DNA of 64,000 nt from a virus, in IMG/VR virus record IMGVR_UViG_3300023179_000030, positions 62,242 to 126,241 of that record; one strand, 5' to 3'. Every line of letters begins with the position of its first letter. Positions within the stretch are counted from its first letter, which is position 1. This document shows, piece after piece, positions 38,802-48,466 of this stretch. Below the pieces are notes generated by a model. It made no database searches. It had not been told where the DNA came from and was given only the letters and a program-made list of their open reading frames with translations. The position numbers were made by a program, and so were the translations under genes.

Positions 38802-39133
38802 AAATTAGATAAAATCCTATCAGTTTCGGGCTGTACCGTTCTCTCAACCTCGTCTATGTCCACAAAAAAATCCACGTTCTCAATGTAATCCCCAAGATCA
38901 TCTAATCTCTGATTTAAGTGATTTTGAATGTCATCAGGATCTAGACCCTCAGTTAGCAATTGTTTGATGTCCACAAAAACGGTAGTACCATCCTTGAGAT
39001 AAACTACCAATTTTTCCAATACCTGTATGGGTACTTCGCTTTTTTCAACGTCTTTGAGAATATTTTTCCAAGCGGCCTTAGTACTAAGATTAAGCTTCTT
39101 TGACTTTGGCTTTTTTGGGCTTTGCTGTGACAT
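38798..39133 (-). CDS. Hypothetical protein
   Basis: Acidic protein overlapping the DHFR start. Start MSQQSP. Confidence 0.55.
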   Translation of the reverse strand: MSQQSPKKPKSKKLNLSTKAAWKNILKDVEKSEVPIQVLEKLVVYLKDGTTVFVDIKQLLTEGLDPDDIQNHLNQRLDDLGDYIENVDFFVDIDEVERTVQPETDRILSNL

Positions 39134-39779
39134 TTTTAATTTTTGTATTTGTATTGCTAAATGCTTCTGATTCTTGTTGTAACCTAGCAGCCTCAGCCAA
39201 CATTGCACGAGCTTCTCTTTCGAGTTTTTGCGCCTGAGCTAATCTCTGTGTAGCAAGTTGCTCATCAGTCAGAACATCACTGATATTGATGTTGCTTTGT
39301 GACTCAGCTGGGGTACTGCGGCTTTGTGCTGGGGTACGAACTTCACCTAGTATATTTCCTTCAGACGTTTTGCGTTTGCCATTCATTCCTCGATTAGAAT
39401 CAAGCTCAGCTAGTTCTTTGACCGCTTCTTCTCCCAAAGCCATTTTGGCTAAAATACTGTTGAGTTCATCTAACCTAATGTTGCTTTTAGCATCGGGGGT
39501 TACTAAAATTTGATTAGTGGGCACCTTTTTAATCATACCCTCTTTATGTAGAGTGTGAAGTCCATTGGTGCCATCTACTAGAGTATATCTAAATAGATAA
39601 TCTGCAAATTCTTTGGCTTGTTGACCTGAATCAGATTCCAAGGCTTTCATGACGTCATCATGAATGTGTCTTGGGAGAACTTCGGGGTAGATTACTAATG
39701 CCATATGATCTTCATTTGGCACAGTTTTAAATAGTATCACCACTTGCTTGTTATTGTGTTTTCCTACATGTTTAATAAT
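39090..39779 (-). CDS. Hypothetical protein (ATT start)
   Basis: AAGGAG-7nt-ATT, in frame 12 codons upstream of the tracked GTG. Confidence 0.6.
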   Translation of the reverse strand: MIKHVGKHNNKQVVILFKTVPNEDHMALVIYPEVLPRHIHDDVMKALESDSGQQAKEFADYLFRYTLVDGTNGLHTLHKEGMIKKVPTNQILVTPDAKSNIRLDELNSILAKMALGEEAVKELAELDSNRGMNGKRKTSEGNILGEVRTPAQSRSTPAESQSNINISDVLTDEQLATQRLAQAQKLEREARAMLAEAARLQQESEAFSNTNTKIKNVTAKPKKAKVKEA

Positions 39780-39791
39780 TTTAGTTCTCCT

Positions 39792-40001
39792 TTAAATGCC
39801 GGCTTCTTTGGCCTGCTTGGGTTCGTTGTTGGAAACGACTCCGTGTGTTTCCAAGAATTTAAAAATTCTCTCGTAACAACCGCCGATTCTGGTAAATTCT
39901 TTGGGTCCGAATGCACCCCTGCTACTGGCTAGATTTATTGCCTCTAGCACTAATACTAGATCGCCATATTGTAATTGATTCTCTTGCTGCTCCAATGACA
40001 T
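39792..40001 (-). CDS. Hypothetical protein
   Basis: AGGAG SD and ASSRGAF motif. Confidence 0.65.
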   Translation of the reverse strand: MSLEQQENQLQYGDLVLVLEAINLASSRGAFGPKEFTRIGGCYERIFKFLETHGVVSNNEPKQAKEAGI

Positions 40002-40046
40002 GCTTTACTCCTAATGTCATTGATATTTAATCAAGTTAATTCTTAC

Positions 40047-40328
40047 CTAAATATTTCCTAGGTCGTGTACATTAATCTTGTCCAACAATAGAGAAAAATA
40101 CCCAGCTTCTGCTGGGTTTTCAAAGGCAACACATGCTTGCAGATCATTTGAATCGGTCATAACAGTTCCCATCCAAAACCTGCCAGATAAGTTGGCCCAA
40201 ATCCAATTTTTAAGATCTAGCTCTGTGCATCTTCGATCAAAATATATGGCGACCAAATGAGGTGCCAAATATGAAAATTCTCTTTGACCAGTGACATTTA
40301 ATGGGTTAATTTCACCATGAACTAACAT
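40047..40328 (-). CDS. Hypothetical protein
   Basis: Co-oriented ORF with tight packing. Confidence 0.55.
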   Translation of the reverse strand: MLVHGEINPLNVTGQREFSYLAPHLVAIYFDRRCTELDLKNWIWANLSGRFWMGTVMTDSNDLQACVAFENPAEAGYFSLLLDKINVHDLGNI

Positions 40329-40330
40329 AA

Positions 40331-40528
40331 TTATGTCTTAGAGTTTAACATTTTCCTACAGGTTGTATAAACAAATGCAGAATAATACCCGGGAGGCATA
40401 GCTAATACAACACGGCAATCGTAGGTAATAGTGAGATCGTAGTCATTGGTCTCACTGTCAAAAGGTATCATCATGGCAGCAGTTATGATTACCATGAGGA
40501 TTATGGTTAATAAAATTTTAAGCATACG
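40331..40528 (-). CDS. Small membrane-anchored hypothetical protein
   Basis: Hydrophobic N-terminus. Start MLKILL. Confidence 0.45.
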   Translation of the reverse strand, partial: RMLKILLTIILMVIITAAMMIPFDSETNDYDLTITYDCRVVLAMPPGYYSAFVYTTCRKMLNSKT

Positions 40529-40533
40529 CCTAT

Positions 40534-40995
40534 TTATATGTCTTCGTGCTTTGAGCATAGCTTGCTGATAACAATAAACTCGTCAAACGCGGCTTTTACA
40601 CTTGGGTTTGACATATTCTTTTGGGCCTCTGCATACAACGCTTGCAGCCCAGCTTGAACTATTTCGTAGGCGCTGGCCCCGTGTAAGGTGCGACCTTGAT
40701 CACCAAACTCTTTAACTAAATTATCCCAGGCTTTTTTCTGACCGAGTGTCAATGGAGCCGTGTTTGGTTTTAGCTCAGACGCTTTGACCATTGCATTACA
40801 CATAACATCTTGAGCAATTTCCCCTGCTGCAATCAATCCAGCATAGTTTGGGTCTACATTATATTTACGGCTTACCCCACCAGGTTTACAAACAACCAAA
40901 TGTGCACCCTGTGGATAGCTATCTATTAGCTCTGTGTCGTATTCAAGGACCTCGACATATCGACGGCCTACTCGTTTATAAAATGTCGTCTTCAT
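40534..40995 (-). CDS. Hypothetical protein
   Basis: TFYKRVGRRY N-terminus. Overlaps its neighbour. Confidence 0.6.
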   Translation of the reverse strand: MKTTFYKRVGRRYVEVLEYDTELIDSYPQGAHLVVCKPGGVSRKYNVDPNYAGLIAAGEIAQDVMCNAMVKASELKPNTAPLTLGQKKAWDNLVKEFGDQGRTLHGASAYEIVQAGLQALYAEAQKNMSNPSVKAAFDEFIVISKLCSKHEDI

Positions 40996-41269
40996 TGGTA
41001 TTCGATCCGTTACTGCGCCTATCTGTTGTTTTATCTAAATCTTGAAACAATCGATTTTCTTGATGGGTAAGTTCTTTGAACGCTTTTCTAGGATTCATAC
41101 ACATCACACAATTGGGATTACCGCAATTAAGTGCGTGGCGTTTGGAGAATTTATGTGGTGTTGCCAATGGCAAATTAAAGGTTTTTGCGATCTTAGTTTG
41201 CTTTTTAACAATATTTTCGTCATTGAGCCTACGTTTTGAATTTTTAAATTTATCTGATTCGTTACTCAT
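40976..41269 (-). CDS. Basic hypothetical protein with putative Zn site
   Basis: H...CGNPNCVMC motif. Confidence 0.6.
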   Translation of the reverse strand: MSNESDKFKNSKRRLNDENIVKKQTKIAKTFNLPLATPHKFSKRHALNCGNPNCVMCMNPRKAFKELTHQENRLFQDLDKTTDRRSNGSNTNEDDIL

Positions 41270-41342
41270 GCCAACTCCAATTCACTAATTTTCTCAAAAG
41301 TAGCCACCGCAGGCAACAACAAAATTGCCGCTGAATCTTCGC

Positions 41343-41756
41343 TCAATAACGTCCATGTCTCAATTGGTCACAGCGCATATCGAGATAGTGGGCACAATCA
41401 TCATAAGCAATTAGTGCGAAAATAGAAGCGCCAACCACATTTCGAGCCGCGGTTTTGTAAATGCTTTGCTCCAAACCGCACCCCCTACCCAAATTATTAA
41501 TTTGTATTCGAGTCAATCGCAAAGCTTCGTCACGAACTCCAGGGCCTAATCCAAAAGTACCAGTAATAGTATTATAACGGCTATAAGACCGTACCAATTC
41601 TAATGGGTTATTAACCAATAAATTCAGTATTCGATCAATTTGAGAAGCATTGGGTAAAAACTCCCACAGTGGGTTCTTGTCAAGAAAATCACCAGATGTA
41701 TCGGTGGATTTGACTCTGGTATTCTCAGTTCTAGTCATTGTTGTCAGAGATTCCAT
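41343..41756 (-). CDS. Hypothetical protein
   Basis: Co-oriented ORF. Confidence 0.45.
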   Translation of the reverse strand: MESLTTMTRTENTRVKSTDTSGDFLDKNPLWEFLPNASQIDRILNLLVNNPLELVRSYSRYNTITGTFGLGPGVRDEALRLTRIQINNLGRGCGLEQSIYKTAARNVVGASIFALIAYDDCAHYLDMRCDQLRHGRY

Positions 41757-41762
41757 TGACGA

Positions 41763-42167
41763 TTAATGATATTTTTCATCTAGCTTTACATTTGCTAGAC
41801 CTGCAATTACTTGAAAATTATCCCAGGCCTCTCGAGCCACGTGATTGGTTTCAAGTTCAGTGCTGGTCAATACCGTCTCCAACCAAACATTATCAAATTT
41901 GGGGTGAACCATAGCTCCAAAAGTTCGTGGCTGATGTATCAACCCACGGTCCCATAACTGTTCTACTAGACGACGAATTCTATCTTCGTCGCTTTCCTTA
42001 AAACCTGCCCAAACAGAGTGTCGATAACCATTCCAGAGAGTAGTCCAATGACTTGAATCATTCATGTCGAAACAAGTTCGAGCAATAATAATCAATATAT
42101 CATCTATTTCGACTCGACCCTCGTCAATATCTAGTATACATTGACTAAAAGAAAGACCAATTTTCAA
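41763..42167 (-). CDS. Hypothetical protein
   Basis: MKIGLSFSQCILDI...HQPR. Overlaps the upstream stop. Confidence 0.6.
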   Translation of the reverse strand: MKIGLSFSQCILDIDEGRVEIDDILIIIARTCFDMNDSSHWTTLWNGYRHSVWAGFKESDEDRIRRLVEQLWDRGLIHQPRTFGAMVHPKFDNVWLETVLTSTELETNHVAREAWDNFQVIAGLANVKLDEKYH

Positions 42168-42676
42168 GATTGCTCCCCGGTGCTGATAAAATCATATAAA
42201 ATCTTTTCTACAAAATCATTTAAGGACATATCTGCATCATGCGCCAATTTAAACAAATTTAAAAGATCATCATCATTGAGATCCAAGGTAACACTTACGC
42301 GGGTATCGTATTCTTCGCCGGCAACGATTGCTCGAGTCTTTTCCAGCATATCATCAATGACTTCAAGGTCGATATATTTAACATCGTCCCAGGCTGAGTC
42401 GTCGATATTTCGACTTTTGCATTCATCGAAGTATGCTTGCCTGTAATTGGGATTGAGTAGCCTATATGCTCGATTATTTGCATAGTCACAGGCCTCCATG
42501 GAATACACTTCCTGGGTGATAGTGTCAAAGGTTAAACAAACACTGTGCCCATTGTTAACATTGTTCCAGTAAGTCAGTAAATAGGCATTAGAACCAAAAC
42601 AGTTCCAACCATAATTACTACCCTCACTGATACGGAAGTTTACCGTTTCCATAAAATCTTTAATTGTAATCATCTC
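42164..42676 (-). CDS. Hypothetical protein with C-terminal ribbon-helix-helix-like segment
   Basis: Start MITIKDF. C-terminal VTLDL..LFKLAH..MSLNDFVEKIL. Confidence 0.55.
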   Translation of the reverse strand, partial: EMITIKDFMETVNFRISEGSNYGWNCFGSNAYLLTYWNNVNNGHSVCLTFDTITQEVYSMEACDYANNRAYRLLNPNYRQAYFDECKSRNIDDSAWDDVKYIDLEVIDDMLEKTRAIVAGEEYDTRVSVTLDLNDDDLLNLFKLAHDADMSLNDFVEKILYDFISTGEQS

Positions 42677-42690
42677 TGTACTTTCTTTGA

Positions 42691-43989
42691 TTAACGCTCT
42701 TTTTTCGCTTCGTCTTCGTAGATTGCCCAAACTCCAAATGGGGGTTTAGCTGATTCATTGCCTTTGATAACAAACACTGTGTCGCAGTAGTCAGGGTCTC
42801 CCCAAGTATGTGCAGGGAATCCGTCTGTAAACATAATGAACTTTTTGGGTTCAATGTCATTTTCTTTCATATAATCCCAGTTAGCTTCGAACAATGTTCC
42901 TCCGCCTCCCTGAGGCTCATAGTTGGAGATATCATCAATACTATCGCTGGAATATTCCTGATAGTTATGCACCGAAGTATCAAAACTCCAGACACGTATT
43001 CTGTATTCGTCGTAGGCTTCCATAATCCCTTTGATCTCGCCCATAAAGGCCGAGATGTCGTCAGAGCCAATACTGCCAGAAGTGTCAATGGCAATGCAAA
43101 CATCAATTTGAGTTCCGGGTTTCATTCCGGGCATAATTGCATCCATATGCCAACTACGACGATTAGGGCGCATCCAGCTGAAGTCATCTTTGATAGTGCT
43201 TTGGATTTGCTGCTCGAGCAACTCTCGCCAATTAACTACAGGTTGTGTCATTGACTCAACCAGTCGACGAACATTAGCCGGTAAATCGCTTGCACCCACA
43301 GCCTGGGCGGCCTGCAACACTGCTTCGCGGACTTCGTTTTTAATCTTTTCGAGATCTTCTTTACTGTACCGTGGGCGTCCCTTACCTTCTTCTCCGCGTG
43401 GGCCGCCGTCACCGTCGCCATCTTTGTCACCGTCGCCATCATTGTCACTGTCGTCAAAGTGCTCATCTAGCATTTGGTTTAACAAGTCTGAGATATCATT
43501 TTGTGCATTTTTATAGAGATCATCGTAGACTTCCTCAGCACTCCAACCCTCGTATTTACTGTCATACAAACACGGGGTAATCTTGCTACCAATCTTTTGT
43601 TGAATAAGATCGGCATTTACACAATAATCTGCCGCACAGTTGAACAACATACGATCTCGAAATTCTGTACGACCCATGTGGTCATAGACATTATGCAAAA
43701 CTTCATGACCAAAAAGAAATTCAGTTTCACGCGGTGACAACTTGTTAATGAATTCCGTGTTGTAGAAAAACTTACGCCCATCGGTAGCGGCAGTGGTCAA
43801 CCAGCTGTCTGCATTTACCAGTTCAAGACGTGTGGCCATATTTCCAAAAAACGGAGCACGAAGCAGCAAAGCGATTCGAGCAGTGATCAATTTTTCACGC
43901 ACAACTCGATCCAGCGCGGTATCAATCTGATCAGTTATTCGGCCACCGAGTTTGTGTTTGGTATTACTGGTAGTTGCAGTTTTCGACAT
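42691..43989 (-). CDS. HExxH metallopeptidase-like + vWA domain protein
   Basis: TAATDG, HEVLH, acidic linker, and MIDAS residues DTSGS, GGGT and FTDG. Confidence 0.85.
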   Translation of the reverse strand: MSKTATTSNTKHKLGGRITDQIDTALDRVVREKLITARIALLLRAPFFGNMATRLELVNADSWLTTAATDGRKFFYNTEFINKLSPRETEFLFGHEVLHNVYDHMGRTEFRDRMLFNCAADYCVNADLIQQKIGSKITPCLYDSKYEGWSAEEVYDDLYKNAQNDISDLLNQMLDEHFDDSDNDGDGDKDGDGDGGPRGEEGKGRPRYSKEDLEKIKNEVREAVLQAAQAVGASDLPANVRRLVESMTQPVVNWRELLEQQIQSTIKDDFSWMRPNRRSWHMDAIMPGMKPGTQIDVCIAIDTSGSIGSDDISAFMGEIKGIMEAYDEYRIRVWSFDTSVHNYQEYSSDSIDDISNYEPQGGGGTLFEANWDYMKENDIEPKKFIMFTDGFPAHTWGDPDYCDTVFVIKGNESAKPPFGVWAIYEDEAKKER

Positions 43990-44013
43990 TTGTATTCCTT
44001 TCGTTATGATACT

Positions 44014-44042
44014 ATTATAACAGACATTGTATTTAAATGCAA
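44014..44042 (-). promoter_or_regulatory. sigma70-type early promoter
   Basis: TTGCAT-17-TATAAT with extended TG. Confidence 0.65.
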
Positions 44043-44097
44043 GACCTAAATGTCTTATCTACAGTAGTCAAAACCAACAATAGATCTATGTAACATA

Positions 44098-44124
44098 GAA
44101 AACGGGATCTTAGATCCCGTTTTC
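44098..44124 (-). terminator. Intrinsic terminator-like hairpin
   Basis: GAAAACGGGATC-TTA-GATCCCGTTTTC inverted repeat just after the AAA gene stop. Confidence 0.65.
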
Positions 44125-44138
44125 GTAGCTAATTTAGA

Positions 44139-45251
44139 TTAGCTCTTGGCTGCGGCAGCGGTAACATATTTACCGAAACGTTTAGTAAACTCTTTCATAT
44201 GTTCCAATTTTCCGGGCACAAAGGGCAAATTGTAAGTAGTCAATGCAACTCGAGCACCCATAACAGTGAGTTCAGTACTGAAGTTTGCCATCATGAACTT
44301 GAAAAAGTTATCTGCCATAGTGTGCCATTCCTGTGACAGCTTGCCCTTGTTGTTATCAACGTACTCCTTGAGGTGATAGCATAGGCTGATCACCAAACTG
44401 TACATCGCAGAAATTTCCTTAATTTTGAGTTCGGTAACTTTACCAGACAAAACATCTTCGGGGCTGGGCAATTCGCCTGCAATTTTACGATGTGCCATAA
44501 ACTTGATGGCAATGCCTTCGCCCACTGCACCTGCAATCAGGTCAGTGAGATCGCTTTCAGAGCAGTCTTCATCGGCCAACAGTTCAGATACAAAGGTCCA
44601 GCTGCGCGGGGTAGCAAAGCTACGGCTAGAGCTACGCGGGTCAAAATTGTATAGATCCTGTTTGGCAAACCCACAGTAACCAACGACATCCTTATGCAGT
44701 TGATGCTCAACTGCCCAAATTTCCCAAGAGGCGTGATCAACTCGCATTTCCAAATGGATAAAGCGATTGGCCAACGGTGCAGGCATGCGGAAAGTAACAC
44801 CTTTGTCGCTTTCACGATTGCCAGCAGCAATCACAACTACATTATTCGGCAAGTGATATTTGCCGATTCGACGATTCAAAATCAGTTGATATGCCGCAGC
44901 TTGAATGCTGGGAGAGGCAGAGTTCATTTCGTCCAGGAACAACACCACAATAGGATATTTGCTGGCAAATTCTTCGTCGGGAAGATCGATTGGTGCGGCC
45001 CAATCCATTTTGCCGAGATCCTTGTTATAAAAAGGAATACCACGCAGGTCTGTGGGTTCCATTTGTGCAAGACGCAAGTCAATCATTGCGCCCCCCAAAT
45101 CTTTAGCGATGTTGGCTACAACCTCGCTTTTGCCAATGCCCGGGGGGCCCCAGATAAAAGCAGGTCGCTTCAATTTGAAGCATTTGGTAATTGCTCGACG
45201 AGCAGTGATTGCAGTGATCGTGCGATGTTCGCTGATGATTTCCTTAGCCAT
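44139..45251 (-). CDS. MoxR-like AAA+ ATPase
   Basis: GPPGIGKS, LFLDE, AAGN and LANRF motifs. AAGGAG SD before MAKEI. Confidence 0.85.
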   Translation of the reverse strand: MAKEIISEHRTITAITARRAITKCFKLKRPAFIWGPPGIGKSEVVANIAKDLGGAMIDLRLAQMEPTDLRGIPFYNKDLGKMDWAAPIDLPDEEFASKYPIVVLFLDEMNSASPSIQAAAYQLILNRRIGKYHLPNNVVVIAAGNRESDKGVTFRMPAPLANRFIHLEMRVDHASWEIWAVEHQLHKDVVGYCGFAKQDLYNFDPRSSSRSFATPRSWTFVSELLADEDCSESDLTDLIAGAVGEGIAIKFMAHRKIAGELPSPEDVLSGKVTELKIKEISAMYSLVISLCYHLKEYVDNNKGKLSQEWHTMADNFFKFMMANFSTELTVMGARVALTTYNLPFVPGKLEHMKEFTKRFGKYVTAAAAKS

Positions 45252-45328
45252 TAGAGCTCCTTTGTGATAAAACTGTATTATACAATAAACTTGAATATTT
45301 GTCTGTAATTTGTCTGCGATTGTTGTTT

Positions 45329-45616
45329 TTACACAACTTCCAACATACTTGCAGGTACCCGCCAAACAGATTGTGGGGTTCGAACAGTCACAAATTTAAT
45401 TGCGACCTTTTCCACAATGCCAGACATTTTGATGCCAGAGCGGCTACTGTCCCATTGAACACGACTACCAATTGACAGATGTCGTTTGTTACTTTTGCCA
45501 AGTTGGCTACGAGCCCACCTAATGGCCTCAGCCATAGTATTGAGTTCAGCATTGGTCCAGGATCCACGGATAATGCTATTCTGAATGTCTTCAACTTTCA
45601 TAAATGTACCAATCAT
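45329..45616 (-). CDS. Hypothetical protein (SH3-like C-terminus)
   Basis: Follows tandem early promoters. WRVPASMLE end. Confidence 0.55.
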   Translation of the reverse strand: MIGTFMKVEDIQNSIIRGSWTNAELNTMAEAIRWARSQLGKSNKRHLSIGSRVQWDSSRSGIKMSGIVEKVAIKFVTVRTPQSVWRVPASMLEVV

Positions 45617-45629
45617 TTAGTAAGTTTCA

Positions 45630-45723
45630 ATTATAACAAAAACGGTATTTAACGTCAAATGTTGCAGTAGCACTATTGCTTCTGCAATGTAGATATTATA
45701 CTAGATCAGTGATTTATCGTCAA
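45630..45723 (-). promoter_or_regulatory. Two tandem near-consensus sigma70 promoters
   Basis: TTGACG-17-TATAAT at 45658-45630 and again at 45723-45695. Confidence 0.8.
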
Positions 45724-45821
45724 TCAAAAAAAGAGCCTTTAAGGGCGACTCACAGTGCTTTTTGACGGAAAAATGCACGATTTTGCTAGTTTAACTGATC
45801 AGGATGTACTGTATTAGATTT

Positions 45822-46205
45822 TCAATTATAGCCAGAGACCTTGGCTAAGTGATTGAGATAAGCGGTTAAATCGCCATCATGCAGTGTAAGCATAGTGGCT
45901 TCTTGCTCGTCGAAAACAGTTATTTTGAATTGGTCTCCTAAATAATAGATACTGGGGAATAGCTTCCCAAGTTGTAGCAAGTTACGATTAACCAGTGGCT
46001 CTGAAAAACTAAACTCCCAGTGTTTAAAGCCCAGATGTTTGGTTAAAAAGATAAATCCTGTTCTATTAAGCCTAAGGCTATTTTCGTTGGTGGGATCAAC
46101 CCAGATCTTATATTTAAAGTCGGCCACCAAATGAGCTGGCAATTTAGCTTCTTCAATAAAAGACTTGGTAAAAGAAGATTGTTTTAGATCCGAGTTAGTA
46201 ATCAA
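45822..46205 (-). CDS. Hypothetical protein
   Basis: SLRLNRTGF motif. Co-oriented. Confidence 0.55.
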   Translation of the reverse strand: MITNSDLKQSSFTKSFIEEAKLPAHLVADFKYKIWVDPTNENSLRLNRTGFIFLTKHLGFKHWEFSFSEPLVNRNLLQLGKLFPSIYYLGDQFKITVFDEQEATMLTLHDGDLTAYLNHLAKVSGYN

Positions 46206-46211
46206 GATTGT

Positions 46212-46499
46212 TCATGGGAAAATTTTATCACCCTGAGTCAACAATACCACTGTGAACTTGTCAGTTTTAAATAGAGCATTGAGCTTTTTGCTCAAATTGA
46301 TAGCATGACCCTTGTTGGCAAAACTGGTTTTTTTATATTTTGGTCCAGGATAACTAACCAACATATTGCTGGATTTTAAATTAAATGGCTGATTGTCAAA
46401 AAAAACAGCCCAAATGCCTTCTGACAGTAATATTTGTTCGCTTTTGTAATTTACTTTGTTTACATGCTCAAGTAAAATTGCTGGTTTAGGGCGTGACAT
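46212..46499 (-). CDS. Hypothetical protein
   Basis: AGGAG-7nt-ATG before MSRPKP. YPGPKYKKTSF motif. Confidence 0.7.
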   Translation of the reverse strand: MSRPKPAILLEHVNKVNYKSEQILLSEGIWAVFFDNQPFNLKSSNMLVSYPGPKYKKTSFANKGHAINLSKKLNALFKTDKFTVVLLTQGDKIFP

Positions 46500-46529
46500 T
46501 GCGATTCTCCTGTGGCTGTGAGACAAACA

Positions 46530-46760
46530 TTAAAAGTTGCCGCCGTCCATTTGTAAGGTATTTGATTCCACAGTGGGGATTGATACAGTTTTTTCAACCA
46601 CAGCGGCATGTTGATTTAAAAGGTCAAACAAGTCGCTATGCAAATTACGTGCTTCAGCAGCACTCAGCGTCAGTGTTTTCCCATTGAGATGATTCATGAG
46701 CTTAACTTTATCGTTAAACATTTTAAAATGAACTGTTAGCATTGGGTTATTTGGTGTCAT
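46530..46760 (-). CDS. Hypothetical protein
   Basis: Ends MDGGNF. Overlaps its neighbour. Confidence 0.55.
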   Translation of the reverse strand: MTPNNPMLTVHFKMFNDKVKLMNHLNGKTLTLSAAEARNLHSDLFDLLNQHAAVVEKTVSIPTVESNTLQMDGGNF

Positions 46761-47235
46761 TAGCTTGTATTCTTTCTTGAGCTTGTTTAATGGTTTTAAA
46801 AGGGCCCTGGTATTCGTAACGGTTTAATGTTATCAATTTAGGATAACTTACCACAGACCAAAACCCGTTGATTTTAATTGCATAATGACCTGCGCAGAAA
46901 AAGCTCTTACTTTTACTTGATTTGGTATAGACTGGAAACTGATACTTTACATTCCACAGTGGATTATGTGGTTTTTGATCCACAGGATAGCCATAGACTG
47001 TGTTTCCGTTTTCGTATGTTCGACGTTGAGTGTTTTTGGATATCTTTTTGTCAAATTGTACATTGTGTTCTTTTGACAAAATTTTAATAGTGGGATATTG
47101 ACTTCTACTTAGGTTTTGATCAACATACACTACACCACCATTGTCAATGGCTTGAATAGTGGCAATTTTAGTGCCCTGTGATTCTACAATCCAAAACTTG
47201 TTTTTTAAAATGGGTTTGGCTAATAGTTGAGACAT
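46747..47235 (-). CDS. Hypothetical protein
   Basis: AKPILKNKFWIV...SKSFFCAGHY...RYEYQGPF. Confidence 0.65.
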   Translation of the reverse strand: MSQLLAKPILKNKFWIVESQGTKIATIQAIDNGGVVYVDQNLSRSQYPTIKILSKEHNVQFDKKISKNTQRRTYENGNTVYGYPVDQKPHNPLWNVKYQFPVYTKSSKSKSFFCAGHYAIKINGFWSVVSYPKLITLNRYEYQGPFKTIKQAQERIQANDTK

Positions 47236-47419
47236 TGATTTTACCTATTTGGTTTTTTTTGTTGAAATCTATATTCACGCTTCAACCAGTATTTATACTT
47301 TTGAAAATACTCTTTTTGTGTATATGGTGGTTCATTAAACCCATCACGCTCAATTACGTTTTCAGCCCAGATTGCACGTAGCCAAGTTTTAAAATCTAAA
47401 CGATTGTTGTCTTTTTCCA

Positions 47420-48415
47420 TCAGCTTTTCCCTGGATAAGCAGCAGATAACATATTTGCAAAGGCGTTGGCATTGTCTGATAATTTAACTAACTGATATTT
47501 AGAGCAAAACTTCAAAAATTGTGCGCCAATCATTGGGTTATTTTTGATTTCTTGGCCAGCAAGTATTGTATCATTGATAAGTTTTTTAATGTGCGTTGGT
47601 TGGGCTGTGAGGTCTATTAGAGTTCTATTTCGTTCATAGTCATCCAATACCCTGTGAGTTTTTCCTTCGTGGTCAACCCATTGCTGCAACATTAAATTAT
47701 TCCAAGCAAAGCCTTGACGTCCAATATCTGCGTAGGCTTCTTTCAAGCCAATTTTATTTTTGGAGCCCACGGTGCGAACACCAGGATAAGCACTGAAGAC
47801 ATTATCACTGGAGTCGCCGCGCATACATTTTTCAAATAACATCCAACCTGGGTCTGGTACGGTCTTAGGCAATTTGGTTTTCTTATCAATAACCAATTTG
47901 CCTTTTTTATCAAAGATACCGTTTATGGTATGCAATTCACAAGTTATACCATTATATTGTTTTACTGTATTTGACAATAACTGATAGTAGTCGGTATCGC
48001 TACTGACAATTACATGTGTGTCATTGGGGTGATTCTGAACCCAACCTGCTATGAGATCATCAGCTTCAAGCTCTGAATGTTGTAAAGTGGTGCAATTGGT
48101 TTTATTGACAATAAAATTCTGTAATTTTTCCAAGGTGTCCCAGAATAACTGGTCTTCCTCTTGCTCTGCAATAGATGAAGCGGCCCTGGCTACACTACGA
48201 TTTTTTTTATAGGGTGGATACACATCCTTGCGCCAACTACGACCCTCAAAACAAAAGACTACATGATTGGCTTTTTGATCACGCCAAGCTGCATGAACGC
48301 TTGCTAGGGTTACATGAGTGGCAAATGCTACTCTTTCTTCCAGAGAAGATCCACGATGTGCAGCATGGCGAGCTCGAGTAAAAGTATTAGCGGTGTCAAT
48401 GATTAAATTAAGCAT
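47420..48415 (-). CDS. rnh: RNase H / 5'-3' exonuclease (T4 Rnh-like)
   Basis: IIDTAN, SWRK..YPPYK, EADDLI, SSDTD and GDSSDN motifs. Confidence 0.88.
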   Translation of the reverse strand: MLNLIIDTANTFTRARHAAHRGSSLEERVAFATHVTLASVHAAWRDQKANHVVFCFEGRSWRKDVYPPYKKNRSVARAASSIAEQEEDQLFWDTLEKLQNFIVNKTNCTTLQHSELEADDLIAGWVQNHPNDTHVIVSSDTDYYQLLSNTVKQYNGITCELHTINGIFDKKGKLVIDKKTKLPKTVPDPGWMLFEKCMRGDSSDNVFSAYPGVRTVGSKNKIGLKEAYADIGRQGFAWNNLMLQQWVDHEGKTHRVLDDYERNRTLIDLTAQPTHIKKLINDTILAGQEIKNNPMIGAQFLKFCSKYQLVKLSDNANAFANMLSAAYPGKS

Positions 48416-48421
48416 GACCTA

Positions 48422-48450
48422 ATAATAGCATATTATTAAATAAAATGCAA
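48422..48450 (-). promoter_or_regulatory. sigma70-type promoter for rnh (leaderless)
   Basis: TTGCAT-17-TATTAT with extended TG. ATG lies 6 nt after the -10 box. Confidence 0.55.
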
Positions 48451-48466
48451 TTAAAAAGGCAGAAGA

